Shown: piece after piece, positions 30,463 through 40,080 of the stretch | Layout of the letters: each line of letters begins with the position of its first letter | Numbering within the stretch: the first letter of the stretch is position 1 | Assembly: GCA_965205485.1 (NCBI GenBank) | Contig: OZ242180.1 | Location: 3,328,001-3,392,000, forward strand | Source: Candidatus Latescibacterota bacterium | Lineage (GTDB): Bacteria > Latescibacterota > UBA2968 > GCA-2709665 | DNA: 64,000 nucleotides | Direction of reading: 5' to 3' | Notes under the pieces: generated by a model | The model's database searches: none | What the model was told of the DNA's origin: nothing | The model's input: only the letters and a program-made list of their open reading frames with translations | Position numbers and translations under genes: made by a program

Positions 30463-31209
30463 ATGAAACGACGTGGATTGATCGCAGCATTCATGACCCT
30501 GAGCTTCGCCGGTTTCGCGTGGAGTGACGCGACGGCGGGCGCGACGGTTTCCGGAACCATCAAATTGGAGCTGCCCGGCGGCAAGAAACCGGGGCGGAAG
30601 AAAATTCAAATGGCGGCCGACCCCGTATGTGCGGGAAAACACACCAGCGGTCCGGCATTGAGCGAGGTCGTGTTGGTTGAAGACGACGGAGGCCTGCACA
30701 ACGTGTTCGTGTACGTCAAGAAGGGTCTGGAGGGCAGGAAGTTCGACCCGCCGGCCGAGCCCGCCGTTCTGGACCAGCAGGGCTGCATCTACGTACCACA
30801 CGTTATGGGCGTCAGGGCAGGGCAGCCGATCACCGTGCTCAACAGCGACGGGACCCTGCACAATATCCACCCGAAGCCGCAGAACTCCGCCGAAATCAAC
30901 AAGGCGATGCCGAAGTTCATGAAGAAGACCACCATTTCGTTCGCAAATTCGGAGGTGATGGTACCGGTCAAGTGCGATGTGCATCCCTGGATGCAGTCCT
31001 ATATCGGCGTGATGGATCACCCGTTCTTCGCCGTCAGCGGCGAGGGCGGCAAGTTCGAGATCGCGGGGCTGCCGGCAGGCACATACACGATCGAGGCGTG
31101 GCACGAGAGCGAGCGGCTGGGCACGATGACGCAGGAAGTGACGGTCGCAGAGGGCGAGTCAAAATCCCTGGAGTTCATGTTCAAGATCAAGCCGAGAAAG
31201 AAAAAGTAG
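30463..31209 (+). CDS. Exported cupredoxin-like / carboxypeptidase-regulatory-like domain protein
   Basis: Signal peptide; LDQQGC.Y.PHV, NSD..LHNIH, KCDVHPWM; GLPAGTYTIEAWHE. Confidence 0.8.
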   Translation: MKRRGLIAAFMTLSFAGFAWSDATAGATVSGTIKLELPGGKKPGRKKIQMAADPVCAGKHTSGPALSEVVLVEDDGGLHNVFVYVKKGLEGRKFDPPAEPAVLDQQGCIYVPHVMGVRAGQPITVLNSDGTLHNIHPKPQNSAEINKAMPKFMKKTTISFANSEVMVPVKCDVHPWMQSYIGVMDHPFFAVSGEGGKFEIAGLPAGTYTIEAWHESERLGTMTQEVTVAEGESKSLEFMFKIKPRKKK

Positions 31210-31281
31210 GCGCAATCCTCAGGATCGACCATGCGGGGTGGGATTTCGGGTCCGCCCCCCATAAATACTGGAGGGTCCCGA

Positions 31282-32052
31282 ATGCAAGAAAAGGTGTACG
31301 GTTACTGGCTGCCAATTGACATCTCAACCCACGGCGCCGTCGTGGATTGGCTGATCAATTGGCTGCACGTGTTCATGATCGCGTTGTTTCTGGGTTGGGG
31401 CGTCTTCTTCGTCTACTGCCTTGTCCGCTACCGGAGGAGGGCGAACCCCGATGCGTCCTATGATCCCGTTAAGGGGAAAGTCGCCAAGTACGTGGAATAC
31501 GGCGTGATCGTCGTCGAGGCCGTGCTGCTGGTGGGACTGTCCATGCCGCTCTGGGCAGACTTCAAACACGCGTTTCCAAACGAATCCGAAGCGCTGGTGG
31601 TGCGGGTGGTGCCCGAGCAGTTTGCCTGGAATATCCACTACTCGGGGAAGGACGGGAAATTCGGACGGACGGCGCCCGAGTACGTGAGCGCCGAGAATCT
31701 GCTTGGGCTGGACCCCGACGATCCTGCCGGCAACGACGATTTCAATTCCATCAACAACCTGCATATCGTGAAGGACAGGCCCGTCATCGCGCACATTTCG
31801 TCGAAGGATGTCATTCACAGCTTTAAAATTCCCGTGATGCGCCTGACGCAGGATGCGATTCCCGGACAGGACATCCGGATCTGGTTCGAGGCAACCAGGG
31901 CCGGAACGTTCGACATCGCCTGTGCTCAATTGTGCGGTCTGGGGCACTATCGCATGCGCGGGCAGTTGACGGTGGAGTCGGAAGAGGCGTTTCAGGCCTG
32001 GTTTGACGAGCAGTCCGGCGCAGCCGACGAAGAAGACGATTTTTCCTTCTAA
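31282..32052 (+). CDS. coxB: Cytochrome c oxidase subunit II
   Basis: QFAW, DVIHSF, CAQLCGLGHYRM CuA ligands. Confidence 0.95.
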   Translation: MQEKVYGYWLPIDISTHGAVVDWLINWLHVFMIALFLGWGVFFVYCLVRYRRRANPDASYDPVKGKVAKYVEYGVIVVEAVLLVGLSMPLWADFKHAFPNESEALVVRVVPEQFAWNIHYSGKDGKFGRTAPEYVSAENLLGLDPDDPAGNDDFNSINNLHIVKDRPVIAHISSKDVIHSFKIPVMRLTQDAIPGQDIRIWFEATRAGTFDIACAQLCGLGHYRMRGQLTVESEEAFQAWFDEQSGAADEEDDFSF

Positions 32053-32064
32053 GGAGTCCCGTTT

Positions 32065-33855
32065 ATGGCTGAGCACGAACACGGTGACCACGGACACCAC
32101 GAGATGCCCTTCTGGCAAAAGTACGTATTCTCTACCGATCACAAGGTCATCGGGATCCAATACGCCGTCACGGCGCTGGTTTTCCTTTTCCTGGGCTTCT
32201 GCCTGATGATGATGATGCGCTGGCAACTGGCCTATCCCGGACAGCCCATGCCGTGGATCGGGGGTTTGTTCGGCGAGATAAATATGCCGGAAGGCATCAT
32301 GGTGCCCGAGTTCTACAACCAGCTGGGCGCCATGCACGGCACAATCATGGTCTTTATGGGCGTGGTCCCGCTGGCGGTCGGCGGCTTCGGAAACTACGTG
32401 CTGCCGCTTCAGATCGGCGCGCCGGACATGGCGTTTCCGAAGCTGAATATGGCGAGTTACTGGGTGTTTGTCCTGGGCGGCATCATTATGCTGGCCAGCT
32501 TTTTCGTGCCCGAGGGCGCGGCGCAGTCCGGCTGGACGTCCTATCCGCCCCTGGCCAACATCGCGCCGACGGGGCAGACATGGTGGCTGTGGGGCATGGT
32601 CGCCCTGATCACGTCCTCGCTTCTGGGTTCTGTGAACTTCATCGTAACCACGGTGCAGATGAGGGCCGAGGGACTCTCGTTCTTCCGGTTGCCGTTCTTC
32701 GTTTGGGCGCAGTTCGTCACGGCGTTTCTGCTGCTTCTGGCGTTTCCGCCGCTCGAGGCCGCCGGCGTTATGCAGCTGATGGATCGGATCGCGGGTACCA
32801 GCTTTTTCATGCCGAGCGGACTGGTCGTAACCGGACAGCCGCTGGAGGTGAGCGGCGGCGGCAGCCCGCTGTTGTGGCAGCACCTGTTCTGGTTTCTCGC
32901 GCATCCGGAAGTCTACGTGCTGATTCTTCCGGCGATGGGAATTGTCGGCGAGATCGTGGCCAACAACACGCGCCGGCCGCTGTGGGGATATCGCACGCTG
33001 GTCTACTCCATTGTCTTCCTCGGGTTCATGTCGTTTATCGTCTGGGCGCACCACATGTTCATGACCGGGATGGGGACGACAATCAGTACCTTCTTCCAGG
33101 CCACGACCATGATCATCTCCATTCCCTCGGTCATTATCCTGACGGCGTTCGCGTTGAGCCTGCACGGCGGGTCCATCCGGTTTACGGTACCCATGCTGTT
33201 CTGTCTGGCGTTCATTCCTATGTTCGCCATCGGCGGGTTGACCGGGCTGCCGCTGGGCCTCACGGCCTCGGACCTGCATCTTCACGATACCTATTACGTG
33301 ATCGGCCACTTCCACTACGTGGTGGCGCCGGGGACGATTTTCGCGCTGTTCGCGGGGATCTATTACTGGTTCCCCAAAGCCACGGGCCGCATGATGAACG
33401 ATGCGCTGGGCAAGCTGCATTTCTGGACCAGCCTGATCTTCATGAACGGTGTGTTCATGCCGATGTTGTTCGTGGGGATGGCCGGGGTTTCCAGACGCCT
33501 GTACGACCAGACGCAGTACGCTTACGGGGCGCAGGTGCAGGGCCTGACTGCGATGAGTTCCTGGTCTGCATGGCTGCTGGGGCTGGCGCAGATCTTCTTC
33601 ATCGTCAACTTCATCATGAGTATCCGGAAGGGCAAAAAGGTGGAGTCGGACAATCCATGGCAGGCCACCACGCTCGAGTGGGCGACGCCCACGCCCCCGC
33701 CACACGGGAATTTCGCGGTGACGCCCAGAGTCTACCGGGGGCCCTACGAATACAGTGTGCCCGGTGCTTCAAGCGATTTCACGCCGCAGCACGCTTCTGA
33801 AAACGGGCAGGTTGCCCAACCCGAACCGGCGCCCACGCCCGCCCACGACGATTGA
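32065..33855 (+). CDS. coxA: Cytochrome c oxidase subunit I (A1 type)
   Basis: TDHKVIG, MHGTIM, HPEVY, WAHHM, HDTYY..GHFHY. Confidence 0.97.
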   Translation: MAEHEHGDHGHHEMPFWQKYVFSTDHKVIGIQYAVTALVFLFLGFCLMMMMRWQLAYPGQPMPWIGGLFGEINMPEGIMVPEFYNQLGAMHGTIMVFMGVVPLAVGGFGNYVLPLQIGAPDMAFPKLNMASYWVFVLGGIIMLASFFVPEGAAQSGWTSYPPLANIAPTGQTWWLWGMVALITSSLLGSVNFIVTTVQMRAEGLSFFRLPFFVWAQFVTAFLLLLAFPPLEAAGVMQLMDRIAGTSFFMPSGLVVTGQPLEVSGGGSPLLWQHLFWFLAHPEVYVLILPAMGIVGEIVANNTRRPLWGYRTLVYSIVFLGFMSFIVWAHHMFMTGMGTTISTFFQATTMIISIPSVIILTAFALSLHGGSIRFTVPMLFCLAFIPMFAIGGLTGLPLGLTASDLHLHDTYYVIGHFHYVVAPGTIFALFAGIYYWFPKATGRMMNDALGKLHFWTSLIFMNGVFMPMLFVGMAGVSRRLYDQTQYAYGAQVQGLTAMSSWSAWLLGLAQIFFIVNFIMSIRKGKKVESDNPWQATTLEWATPTPPPHGNFAVTPRVYRGPYEYSVPGASSDFTPQHASENGQVAQPEPAPTPAHDD

Positions 33856-33930
33856 CCCCGTCGCCCGGCACGTTGGAACCCGGGCATCGGTCCGAGAAAA
33901 CATACGAATCCTGGTCAAAGGAGATAAACG

Positions 33931-34530
33931 GTGTCTGTTGAAGAAATCCCACACACGGTGGAGCCGCATCCGATAACCGGGGTGTACAACGGGAAATTCG
34001 GGATCTGGCTGTTCCTGGCTTCCGAGGTCATGTTGTTTGGCGCGCTGTTTTCAACGCTGGTCCTGCTCAGGGTGGGCGCGCCAAGCTGGCCGCATGGCTG
34101 GGAGTTGCTGAACGTCCCGCTGGCCACGCTGAATACGTTCGTACTCATTGCCTCGAGTGTGACGATGGTGATGTCCTGGGCATCCCTGAAACTGGACAAT
34201 TTCGGCAGGTTCAAGCTCTACTTAGGACTGACGGTCCTGCTGGCGTTCGTGTTCCTGGTTGTGAAGTACTTCGAATACACCCACAAATTCCATCTTGGCA
34301 TCTATCCGTCCACGAGTACGTTCTACGCCACGTACTTTACGATGACCGGCCTGCACGGGTTGCACGTGGTTGGCGGCATCGTGGTGAATCTCTACCTGCT
34401 TTTCCCCGGAAGCAAGCTCTGGCATACGGCGCCGGAGCAGTTTGCCAACCGGATCGAATGCGCCGGGCTCTACTGGCACTTTGTGGATCTGGTCTGGATC
34501 TTCCTGTTCCCGATTCTATATTTGCTGTAA
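33931..34530 (+). CDS. coxC: Cytochrome c oxidase subunit III
   Basis: WLFLASEVMLF, NT..LI.SS, TGLHGLHV, YWHFVDLVW. Confidence 0.95.
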   Translation: MSVEEIPHTVEPHPITGVYNGKFGIWLFLASEVMLFGALFSTLVLLRVGAPSWPHGWELLNVPLATLNTFVLIASSVTMVMSWASLKLDNFGRFKLYLGLTVLLAFVFLVVKYFEYTHKFHLGIYPSTSTFYATYFTMTGLHGLHVVGGIVVNLYLLFPGSKLWHTAPEQFANRIECAGLYWHFVDLVWIFLFPILYLL

Positions 34531-34540
34531 GGAGCGTGGT

Positions 34541-34858
34541 ATGGCTGAGAGCGCTGAAGAGATCAGAAAACACGTGCGGGTCTACATTCTGGTGTTTGCC
34601 GCGCTGGCCGTGCTGACGGTTGTAACGGTCGGCGTCTCCTATCTCCAGATCGAGTCGATCGCGGCTACGGTCCTGATCGCGCTGTTCATCGCGAGTATCA
34701 AAGGCGGGCTGGTCGCCGGTTATTTCATGCACCTGGTATCTGAAAAACAGATCATCTACTGGGTGCTGGCGCTGACGGTCGCCTTTTTTGTGGTCCTGAT
34801 GTTGCTGCCGTCCTTTACGGAATTCACTGGCGTGGGCGAAATGGACGGGCAGTCGTGA
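34541..34858 (+). CDS. Cytochrome c oxidase subunit IV family
   Basis: Three TM helices; IASIKGGLVAGYFMHL motif. Confidence 0.88.
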   Translation: MAESAEEIRKHVRVYILVFAALAVLTVVTVGVSYLQIESIAATVLIALFIASIKGGLVAGYFMHLVSEKQIIYWVLALTVAFFVVLMLLPSFTEFTGVGEMDGQS

Positions 34859-34871
34859 TTCGGAGGACGCA

Positions 34872-35078
34872 ATGTCTCTGAAGGCATTCCACGTGGTCTT
34901 TGTCACCGTTTCCATTCTCTGCTGTATGGGATTCGGCGTCTGGGCGATTCAGGACTGGGTCGCAACGGGCAACGGAACGAACCTCGCACTGGGCGTGGCC
35001 TCGTTCGCGGGGTGCGGCGTCCTGGTCTGGTACGGCCTCTGGTTCCTTAAAAAGCTCAAGGGATGGAGTTATCTGTGA
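34872..35078 (+). CDS. Small two-TM membrane protein in cox operon
   Basis: MSLKAFH.VF start, GGAGG RBS. Confidence 0.75.
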   Translation: MSLKAFHVVFVTVSILCCMGFGVWAIQDWVATGNGTNLALGVASFAGCGVLVWYGLWFLKKLKGWSYL

Positions 35079-35365
35079 GACGCGCCTGTGTTGCCGCGGC
35101 CGTGTCCGTTGGCGTCATGCTTCCCGAGATGGTTCGGGCCTGCGCCGTATGTTACGGGGATCCGGAATCCGATATGGCGAAAGGCGCTGCCGCGGGGGTT
35201 CTGGTGCTGATGGGCATCGTCGTGTCCGTGCTGGGCGGAATTGTGGGCGTGACGATCTTCTGGGTGCGCCGGGCGCGACGTTTCGGGAACGTGGGGAGTC
35301 TTTCCCGGGGCCGACCGGGAATGCTCGGTTTGAACGGCAAATGGCTTGCCGCCGACGCGGAATAG
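35075..35365 (+). CDS. Small membrane protein with ACAVC motif
   Basis: Signal-like N-terminus, CAVC, TM helix; GTGA overlap with upstream stop. Confidence 0.65.
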   Translation: MRRACVAAAVSVGVMLPEMVRACAVCYGDPESDMAKGAAAGVLVLMGIVVSVLGGIVGVTIFWVRRARRFGNVGSLSRGRPGMLGLNGKWLAADAE

Positions 35366-35405
35366 GCGGGGTTGGCGGGTGAGCCTGACGGAAATGGAAT
35401 TCGCA

Positions 35406-36398
35406 ATGTCGAAGGGGTATCGCTGGCTGCACCGGTTCTCCGTGTTCACGGCTGGCGCGACCCTTTTTTTAATTTTCGCCGGGGCGATGGTCAGCAGTAC
35501 GGGTTCGGGGCTGGCGGTCCCGGACTGGCCGCTTTCGTATGGGATGTTATTTCCGCCCATGGTCGGCGGTATCTTCTACGAACACGGCCACCGGATGGTG
35601 GCGGCGTTCGTGGGAATCCTGACGACCGCGCTTGCCATCTGGTTGTGGCGGCGGGAAGAGCGGCGCTGGTTGCGTAACCTGGGTGTGGCCGCCCTGGCTG
35701 CGATTGTCCTGCAGGGTCTGCTCGGCGGGTTGACGGTACTCTATCTCCTGCCCACGTGGATTTCCGTGAGTCACGCCTGCCTGGCGCAGGCCTTTTTCTG
35801 TCTAACCGTGGGCATTGCGCTGTTTACGTCGGCCGGCTGGCGGGCTGAGGCGGAACCGATGCCGGAGACGGGGGGGACGCCGCTGAAATGGCTGGCCTCG
35901 GCCGGCACGTTGGTGGTCTTCATCCAGCTTGTACTCGGCGCGCTGATGCGGCATACCGAATCCGGCCTGGCCATTCCCGATTTCCCGCTTTCCTTCGGTC
36001 GTCTGGTTCCGCCGTTCTCCGAATTGACCGTGGATGTGACGGACCCGTTTCCCATTTCAATCGAGACGTTTCGGACCCGTGTTGCCATTCACTTTGCCCA
36101 TCGGGCGTGGGCGGTCGTCGTGTCCGGTGTTCTGGTCTGGACGGCGTACCGCGTCCTGCGCACGCAGGGGACCCGGCCCGATCTGACGAGGCCCTCCGTG
36201 GTTTTGCTGGCGCTGCTTTTTGTTCAATTGGCGCTGGGGGCCCTTGTAATCTGGACGGGCAAGGCGGTCGCTATAACAACGTCGCACGTGGTCGTGGGAG
36301 CGATGGCGCTTGCCACCAGCCTGGTACTGACGCTGCGTGTATGGCGGATTTGCGTTGTTGTAAACCCCGAGGTCGTCTCTGTGTCTACAGGTCGCTGA
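35406..36398 (+). CDS. ctaA: Heme A synthase COX15/CtaA
   Basis: SGLAVPDWP, EHGHR, QGLLGG, HFAHR. Confidence 0.9.
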   Translation: MSKGYRWLHRFSVFTAGATLFLIFAGAMVSSTGSGLAVPDWPLSYGMLFPPMVGGIFYEHGHRMVAAFVGILTTALAIWLWRREERRWLRNLGVAALAAIVLQGLLGGLTVLYLLPTWISVSHACLAQAFFCLTVGIALFTSAGWRAEAEPMPETGGTPLKWLASAGTLVVFIQLVLGALMRHTESGLAIPDFPLSFGRLVPPFSELTVDVTDPFPISIETFRTRVAIHFAHRAWAVVVSGVLVWTAYRVLRTQGTRPDLTRPSVVLLALLFVQLALGALVIWTGKAVAITTSHVVVGAMALATSLVLTLRVWRICVVVNPEVVSVSTGR

Positions 36399-36419
36399 TC
36401 TCTGGAGGTCTTTTGTTCC

Positions 36420-37322
36420 ATGAAACCGCGTGTTGAGGCCGGGACGGCGGATGCGGCACTGTCGTGGGCGCGCTTGATGGACTATCTGGCCCTCACCAAG
36501 CCCAAAATAACCATATTTGTCGTCCTGAGTACAACGGTTGGATTCGTTCTGGGTGCGGCCGGTGTCTTCGAGTCCGCTCGACTCCTTCATACGCTGCTGG
36601 CGACGGTCCTGGTCGCGAGCGGATCGGCCGTTCTGAACCAGTTTCTGGAACGTAAAACGGACGCCCGGATGGAACGTACGGCGAGCCGCCCGTTGCCTGC
36701 CGGGCGCCTGTATACTGAGGAAGCTTATCTGTTCGGGCTGCTGCTGTCCGGAACCGGCATCCTATATATGGGGCTGCAGATCAACTGGCTCGCCGGCTCT
36801 CTGGCAGGGCTGACAACGGTCATCTATCTGTTCATGTATACGCCGTTGAAGCGGATATCGACGCACAACACGTTTGTCGGCGCCGTTGCGGGCGCCTTGC
36901 CGCCAATGGGAGGCTGGGCCGCGGCGCAGGGGGAGATCGGCGGCGGCGCGTGGCTGTTGTTCGGCATCCTGTTCCTCTGGCAGTTTCCACACTTTTACTC
37001 TATCGCATGGATTTACAGGGACGACTACGCCAGCGGCGGATTCAAGATGATTTCCATCGACGATCCGGCCGGCCGCCGGACAGCAACGCAGATCGGCCTC
37101 TACAGCGCCATCCTGCTGGCTTTTTCCTTCCTGCCGTGGCTCGCGGAATTGACCGGTCTGCTCTACGCGGCCGTGGCGGCGGCAGTGGGGATCTGCCTCG
37201 CCTATTCTGTTGTTGTATTTTCCAGAACCCGGTCGGAGAAGAACGCGAGACGGCTGCTGCGCACGACGCTGGTCTATCTGCCTCTGCTCTGGTTCGCCCT
37301 ATTGTTCGATACGTTGCTGTAG
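36420..37322 (+). CDS. cyoE: Heme O synthase (protoheme IX farnesyltransferase)
   Basis: LTKP, D.RM.RT..RPLP, YTPLKR, GALPP, WQFPHF. Confidence 0.95.
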   Translation: MKPRVEAGTADAALSWARLMDYLALTKPKITIFVVLSTTVGFVLGAAGVFESARLLHTLLATVLVASGSAVLNQFLERKTDARMERTASRPLPAGRLYTEEAYLFGLLLSGTGILYMGLQINWLAGSLAGLTTVIYLFMYTPLKRISTHNTFVGAVAGALPPMGGWAAAQGEIGGGAWLLFGILFLWQFPHFYSIAWIYRDDYASGGFKMISIDDPAGRRTATQIGLYSAILLAFSFLPWLAELTGLLYAAVAAAVGICLAYSVVVFSRTRSEKNARRLLRTTLVYLPLLWFALLFDTLL

Positions 37323-37493
37323 TTTAGTCGGGCGCCGCGAACCAGGTTATTGCCGGGTGATAGGGATTGCCTATCACCTTTCTCTTTTCGGATGGTGTCG
37401 CTTTCCTTTGTCTGGCTGACCTGATATTTCCGCGGGCCTCGCGCCGCCGTTACGTCAGCCAGGCGGTCTCAAGACAGCTTTCGCGGAGTTCTT

Positions 37494-38435
37494 TTGTCGC
37501 TTGCCATCGCAGTTGCCGGATTGCGCCATTGTTACGGAAACCGGAGCGCGCTTGACGGAATCGACCTTCGAATCGAGAGGGGCGAGGTCTACGGCCTGCT
37601 GGGCCCTAACGGCGGCGGGAAGACGACCCTTTTTCGCATCCTGAGCACGCTTCTCGAACCCTCCGAAGGAACGGTTCGCATTTTGGACCGTGACCTGCTT
37701 CGGGATGCCGCGGATATTCGCGCCCGAATCGGTGTGGTGTTTCAGCATGCCAGCCTGGACCTCAAACTGACGGTTCTTGAAAACCTGCGCCATCAGGGCC
37801 ATCTGTACGGTCTGCGCGGGCGCGGCTTGATGGAGCGGATCGAATCGGTTCTCCGGAGCGCCGGCCTCACGGATCGCGAGAACGACAGGACGGAGGAGCT
37901 TTCCGGCGGACTTCGGAGGCGCGTGGACCTGGCGAGAGGACTCCTGCACCGGCCGGAACTTTTGTTGTTCGACGAACCCTCCAGCGGATTGGACCCGCTC
38001 GCGCGCAGAACGCTGTGGGATGACTTGCGGAAGCTTCGGGAGGAAGAGGGCGCCACCGTCCTGCTGACCACGCATTTCATCGAAGAGGCGGAGCGATGCG
38101 ACCGCGTGGGCATACTGGACCGGGGGCGGCTTGTCGCGCAGGGTGCGCCGGACGCGCTGAAGCGTTCGATGAACAAAGACGTTCTGGTGATCGAAGCCGA
38201 ACATACGGAGGCACTGAGAGCCGAAATCAAAGCGCAGGTGAGCGTAACATCGGCGCTTGTGGACGGAACCCTGCGCATCGAGTGCGACGACGGGCAGGCG
38301 ATGATGGCTTCACTGTACGCCGGTTTCCGGGAACGGATCTCTGCAATCAGACTGGGACGGCCCACATTGGAGGATGTGTTCATCCGGGAGACGGGGCGTC
38401 CGTTCGAGACGGCGGAGGGCGGGAATGCCGGATAG
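37494..38435 (+). CDS. ABC-2 type transporter ATP-binding protein
   Basis: GPNGGGKTT, LSGG, DEPSSGLDP, TTH, PTLEDVF. Confidence 0.93.
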   Translation: MSLAIAVAGLRHCYGNRSALDGIDLRIERGEVYGLLGPNGGGKTTLFRILSTLLEPSEGTVRILDRDLLRDAADIRARIGVVFQHASLDLKLTVLENLRHQGHLYGLRGRGLMERIESVLRSAGLTDRENDRTEELSGGLRRRVDLARGLLHRPELLLFDEPSSGLDPLARRTLWDDLRKLREEEGATVLLTTHFIEEAERCDRVGILDRGRLVAQGAPDALKRSMNKDVLVIEAEHTEALRAEIKAQVSVTSALVDGTLRIECDDGQAMMASLYAGFRERISAIRLGRPTLEDVFIRETGRPFETAEGGNAG

Positions 38436-39234
38436 CCCGCGCCACGGCGAAGGGTTTTTCCTCCCGGCGGCGACGCTGTGGAAGCGGGAGCTCGTGCGAT
38501 TCGCGAGAGACCGGCACCGGCTGCTTGGCGCGATCCTGCAGCCGTTCGTATTCTGGCTGCTGCTGGGCATCGGAATGAGCGCGTCTTTCGCACCCGCGGG
38601 CATTGCGGGGACGATGAGTTACCTGGAATATATCTATCCCGGCGTCCTCCTGATGGTCCTGCTCTTCACGGCCATTTTCTCCACGATTTCGGTGGTTGAG
38701 GACCGCAGAGAGGGGTTTATGCAATCCGTACTGGTCGCTCCGGTTTCCCGGAGCGGTGTGGTGATCGGCAAGGTGCTGGGCGGTACGACGCTGGCCGTGT
38801 TGGAAGGGGCGGTTTTCCTGTTGTTCGTATATCAACTGGATATTCCGGTCAACCCGGCTTCTCTCGCCGCAACCGTGGCGTTTCTGTTTCTGGTGGGCCT
38901 GGCGCTCACAGGCCTGGGTTTCGCAATCGCGTGGCGAATGGCGTCCACGGCGGGGTTCCATGCCATCATGAACCTCTTCCTGCTGCCGATGTGGGCGCTC
39001 TCGGGGGCATTGTTCCCGCTTTCCGGCGTGCCGGACTGGCTCGCGTGGGTGATGCGGATCAATCCGTTGACCTATGGCGTTGCAGGCGTTCGGCATACGC
39101 TGTACATGGAGGCGCCCGAACTGGCGGGAAGGGTGCCGTCGTTCGAGGCGTGTCTTCTTGTGACGAGCCTGTTCGTTGTCCTGACGTTGGGTATTTCCAT
39201 GTTTTTGATCAGGCGGCAGGAAGGAGTGAGATAG
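38425..39234 (+). CDS. ABC-2 type transporter permease
   Basis: DRREGF..LVAP, LSGALFP, NPLTY. Confidence 0.92.
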   Translation: MPDSPRHGEGFFLPAATLWKRELVRFARDRHRLLGAILQPFVFWLLLGIGMSASFAPAGIAGTMSYLEYIYPGVLLMVLLFTAIFSTISVVEDRREGFMQSVLVAPVSRSGVVIGKVLGGTTLAVLEGAVFLLFVYQLDIPVNPASLAATVAFLFLVGLALTGLGFAIAWRMASTAGFHAIMNLFLLPMWALSGALFPLSGVPDWLAWVMRINPLTYGVAGVRHTLYMEAPELAGRVPSFEACLLVTSLFVVLTLGISMFLIRRQEGVR

Positions 39235-39239
39235 ATACG

Positions 39240-39872
39240 ATGGGCGCACCCAGGCAGGTTCGTGTATTCTGGTTGGTGCTGACAGGCGCGACGCTATTGA
39301 TGCTGACGGTGGGCGCGTTCCTGTTCCTGCGCGAAGTCAAGGCCATACGGGCCCATTCGCAGCGGTTGCCGGTTCTGAGCGAGGTCCCGGAGTTCGTGCT
39401 CCTGGAACGCAGCGGCGATGAGATGGGTCTGTCGGAACTGCTCGGCAATGTCTGGGTTGCGGACTTTATCTTCACGCATTGCGCCGGCCCCTGTCCGCTG
39501 CTTTCAGCGCAGATGCAGGCGCTTCAGGCTCCTCTAAGGAAGTATCCGGACGCGCGGCTGGTGTCTTTTTCGGTGGATCCGGAGCGGGATACTCCCGCGG
39601 TGCTTTCCGGGTATGCGGACCGCTATCTGGCGGATGAAGATCGCTGGCTGTTTCTGACAGGTGAGAAGACCGAGGTTTACAGCGTCATTCGTAACGGCTT
39701 TCAACTGGGTGTGGGGGGTGTGGAAGAAGGCACGGACCAGATTATGCACAGCCTGCGCTTTGCGCTGGTGGACAGGCAGGGGCGGGTCAGGGCCTATTAC
39801 GATGGGACCGATCCCGGCCTCGCGAAGAAGCTGTTGCCCGACATGAAGATGCTGTTGAAGGAAAGCGAGTGA
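39240..39872 (+). CDS. SCO1/SenC copper chaperone
   Basis: FIFTHCAGPCP, SVDPERDTP, W.FLTG, HS. Confidence 0.93.
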   Translation: MGAPRQVRVFWLVLTGATLLMLTVGAFLFLREVKAIRAHSQRLPVLSEVPEFVLLERSGDEMGLSELLGNVWVADFIFTHCAGPCPLLSAQMQALQAPLRKYPDARLVSFSVDPERDTPAVLSGYADRYLADEDRWLFLTGEKTEVYSVIRNGFQLGVGGVEEGTDQIMHSLRFALVDRQGRVRAYYDGTDPGLAKKLLPDMKMLLKESE

Positions 39873-40080
39873 GTTTCCCTGCGCTATGCCGGACGGCACA
39901 AGCTCCCATTCAGTTGATGTCCGGCGGCCGCCTCACGGATTCTGTGGCGGCGTTCGCCGGCAATCCCGTCTGTTTGATGGAACTCGATAGCCGCCAGAGA
40001 GTTAGAACGGGTGTTCGGATCCGGCTCCGTTTATGGTGCAGCGAGGCAAGGAGTCTATCCACGGGGTTTTCCCGCCTGTC

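Noticed and set aside
31324..33705. 793-aa minus-strand ORF
   Set aside because: Shadow of coxB/coxA
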